From positions 117,490,001 through 117,554,000 of the forward strand of contig NC_067398.1 of assembly GCF_016432865.1 (NCBI RefSeq): a stretch of 64,000 bases of DNA, in the 5' to 3' direction. The position numbers were made by a program, and so were the translations under genes. The DNA comes from Antechinus flavipes. Its lineage: Eukaryota. Position 1 is the stretch's first letter. Each line of letters begins with the position of its first letter. Positions 62,112-64,000 of the stretch are shown here, piece after piece. The notes under the pieces are model-generated. The model was not told the DNA's origin and did no database searches. It saw only the letters and a list, made by a program, of their open reading frames with translations.

Positions 62112-62311
62112 TCAATATTTCCTCTGTCTCAAGAAGAGCCCTCCTCCGGTCGGTCGGACGGGAGTGCTCGAAGGCGAGGGGTCTTCTGAGTCTAGGCTGA
62201 AGAGATCTCGGCCCGTCCTGAGGATCTGCTCTTCCAGCTTCTTGTGCCGCTTCATGTCGGAGAGAACCTTATCGAGGCGGGCCTCGCGCTTCTGACTCCG
62301 GGCCGAGCTCC
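62112..62311 (-). CDS. PAGR1: PAGR1 exon 3
   Basis: [24 protein letters not shown]...FLRQRKY-TGA. Confidence 0.97.
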
Positions 62312-63498
62312 CTAGACGAGCGCACGGGATGGGAAGCCTGAGGACCCCGCGCCCCGCCGCCCGCCTACCGCCCGGGGCTCCGGAGAGGGAGCAACTGAGG
62401 TCAGTGACACCAAGTCCGCCGCGGCAGGGGGCGCAACACCCCCCCCAGCCGGCTCCCTCCCTCTCAGCCCCCCACGCGCCCCCTCCCCAGTGCAATACCT
62501 GGGGTACGTCTTCTGTCAATCAGGGAATTCTTGGGCGTCATCGGCTCATCATCAAAGTCAAACTCTGTGGGTACATGAGGTCTGAGGCCGACAAAAGAGA
62601 GAGCGCTGTGGGCAGCTTCCTTGGTTAAACACCCCTACGGAGAAGGGATGGGGGGGGGGGCGCTCTGCTTTTCCCCCGACATGCTTTCTGGGTCTATCTC
62701 TGCCCCTGCATTCCCTCCTTGCTCTGTAGATTCCTCGGTTTCCTGCCCCTTCGCTAGGGATTCTAAGTCCTACTTTAGAGAAGTTGGGAAGCTCCGAGAG
62801 AAAATCCAGCCTCACATAAACGTCCTAGCTGTGAGAAACTGTCACCTAACAGCCGTCTGCCTCAATTTCCTCATCTGTAAAACCCTGCCCCCGGCGCGAG
62901 GCTCGCCTAGCAGGTGCTCTCATCATAACCTTCCCCCACACCTCGACCCTTTCCCTCCCGGCCCTCCTCCTTGGTCCCGGGACGGGGCAGCCGTCACTCA
63001 CTTTTCCTCTTCCTCCTCCTCCGCCTCAGGCTCTTCATCGGATTTCTCCTCTTCACTCTGGACCTCGGGCGTGGGAGGTCTGCGGGGTAGGATCTCCGCC
63101 TGGAGCTCCAGAGTCCCATGGCTGGCCAGCAGCTCATAGAGTTTTCGAATTTCAGCAGGGGGTGGCATCCAGGGCTCTCCATCCTGGGGTAACTCTAGCT
63201 CTTCGTCACTGCAAGGCACACACCAGTCTTTTTTCCCTTCATTTTCTTCGTCTTCTTCCTCCTCCTCGGATGTACCTGCTGGTTCTACCTGTGCCTCTTC
63301 GAGGGCAGGCTCCTCCCCTTCCACCTCCACCTGGACTTCTTCTCTGGCTCTTTCCCTTTCCTCCTCCTCTGCCTCCTGAGTTGGGTCAGTCCGGGAAGGG
63401 GCCCCGGCGGGGTCCTCCACAGCCAAAGCCTCCAGGCCAGACGTCACCTCCCCTTCCCCGGGCTCCAACGCTGCATTGGTCACTGCTACGGACTCCAT
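62112..63498 (-). CDS. PAGR1: PAGR1 (PAXIP1-associated glutamate-rich protein 1, PA1), 259 aa
   Basis: Exons 63498-63002, 62581-62499, 62311-62112 = 780 nt; [71 protein letters not shown]. Confidence 0.97.
62499..62581 (-). CDS. PAGR1: PAGR1 exon 2
   Basis: [27 protein letters not shown]. Confidence 0.96.
63002..63498 (-). CDS. PAGR1: PAGR1 exon 1
   Basis: gccATGG; acidic region; donor AA|gtgagt. Confidence 0.93.
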
Positions 63499-63499
63499 G

Positions 63500-64000
63500 G
63501 CCCTGGGCCAGGGTCCTTACGCTGCAGGGGAGGAAGCCCTACAATGACTGACAGCTCAGGGAATCGAGGGCCACCTGGACACTGGTCTGCCCTCAGGGGG
63601 AGGTAAGTCAACAAGAGGGATCCCCGACCCCAAAGTGCGGGAAGGGGGGGGTCTCCAGACTGGCAGCGTAAGGTTTTGCTGCACCCCTCCCCTTTTCTCA
63701 TTCCAGGCCCAACCCCCCACCCCCGACTCCCATTTCCAAAGACTTCAACATCAGCCCCAGGACTGGGGATCTCAAAGCCTATAGGGAGGAAGTAGTTCTT
63801 TACAAAAAGCCACGCCTCCACCCCCAATTTACGAAACCGTCTCGGGAGAGGTCACACACCTAGACAAGACCAGTCTCCAGCCTCTCCCCCTTTCCCCCCG
63901 GGAATCAGACACTGACAAGCCTGGGGGGATGGGCCGGTGAGCGAGGAGAGTCCACGCGCGCGCGCGCTTCTCCCACGTTAGCTCCACCCCCTCCCACTCT
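63500..64000 (-). promoter_or_regulatory. GC/CpG-rich region upstream of PAGR1
   Basis: CpG-rich, (CG)n run at ~63955-63967. Confidence 0.5.

Noticed and set aside
62417-62435. CTCF-like motif ccgccgcggcagggggcgca in PAGR1 intron 2
   Set aside because: Core CAGGGGGCGC matches but the 5' part is poor; such matches are common in CpG islands.
62621-63551. 172-aa and 129-aa plus-strand ORFs
   Set aside because: Antisense to PAGR1 exon 1 and intron 1.

Overview
Mammalian genomic DNA, very probably a dasyurid marsupial (WSINE1/MAR1-type SINEs, marsupial L1 3' ends, an OC1-type hAT MITE). It is syntenic with human 16p11.2. Gene order: ASPHD1 (-, exons 1-2; the rest lies left of the window), SEZ6L2 (+, 18 coding exons, 920 aa with a 39-nt cassette exon), an intact 7-coding-exon 180-aa gene (-) at the position of human CDIPTOSP/mouse Cdiptos, CDIPT (+, 6 exons, 213 aa), MVP (-, 14 coding exons, 869 aa) and PAGR1 (-, 3 exons, 259 aa). 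I traced all exon boundaries by hand; they are GT-AG and phase-compatible. The most notable result is the CDIPT-opposite-strand gene, which is invisible as a single ORF in the supplied track and has an RFX X-box just upstream. Other points: a spaced RE1/REST site in the ASPHD1/SEZ6L2 bidirectional promoter, His-to-Arg at an ASPHD1 iron-ligand position, apparent start-codon turnover in PAGR1, an OC1-like MITE with perfect TIRs and TSD, and a full-length 7SL retrocopy. Comparisons with human and mouse proteins are from memory and were not computed. Repeat boundaries without TSDs are approximate.
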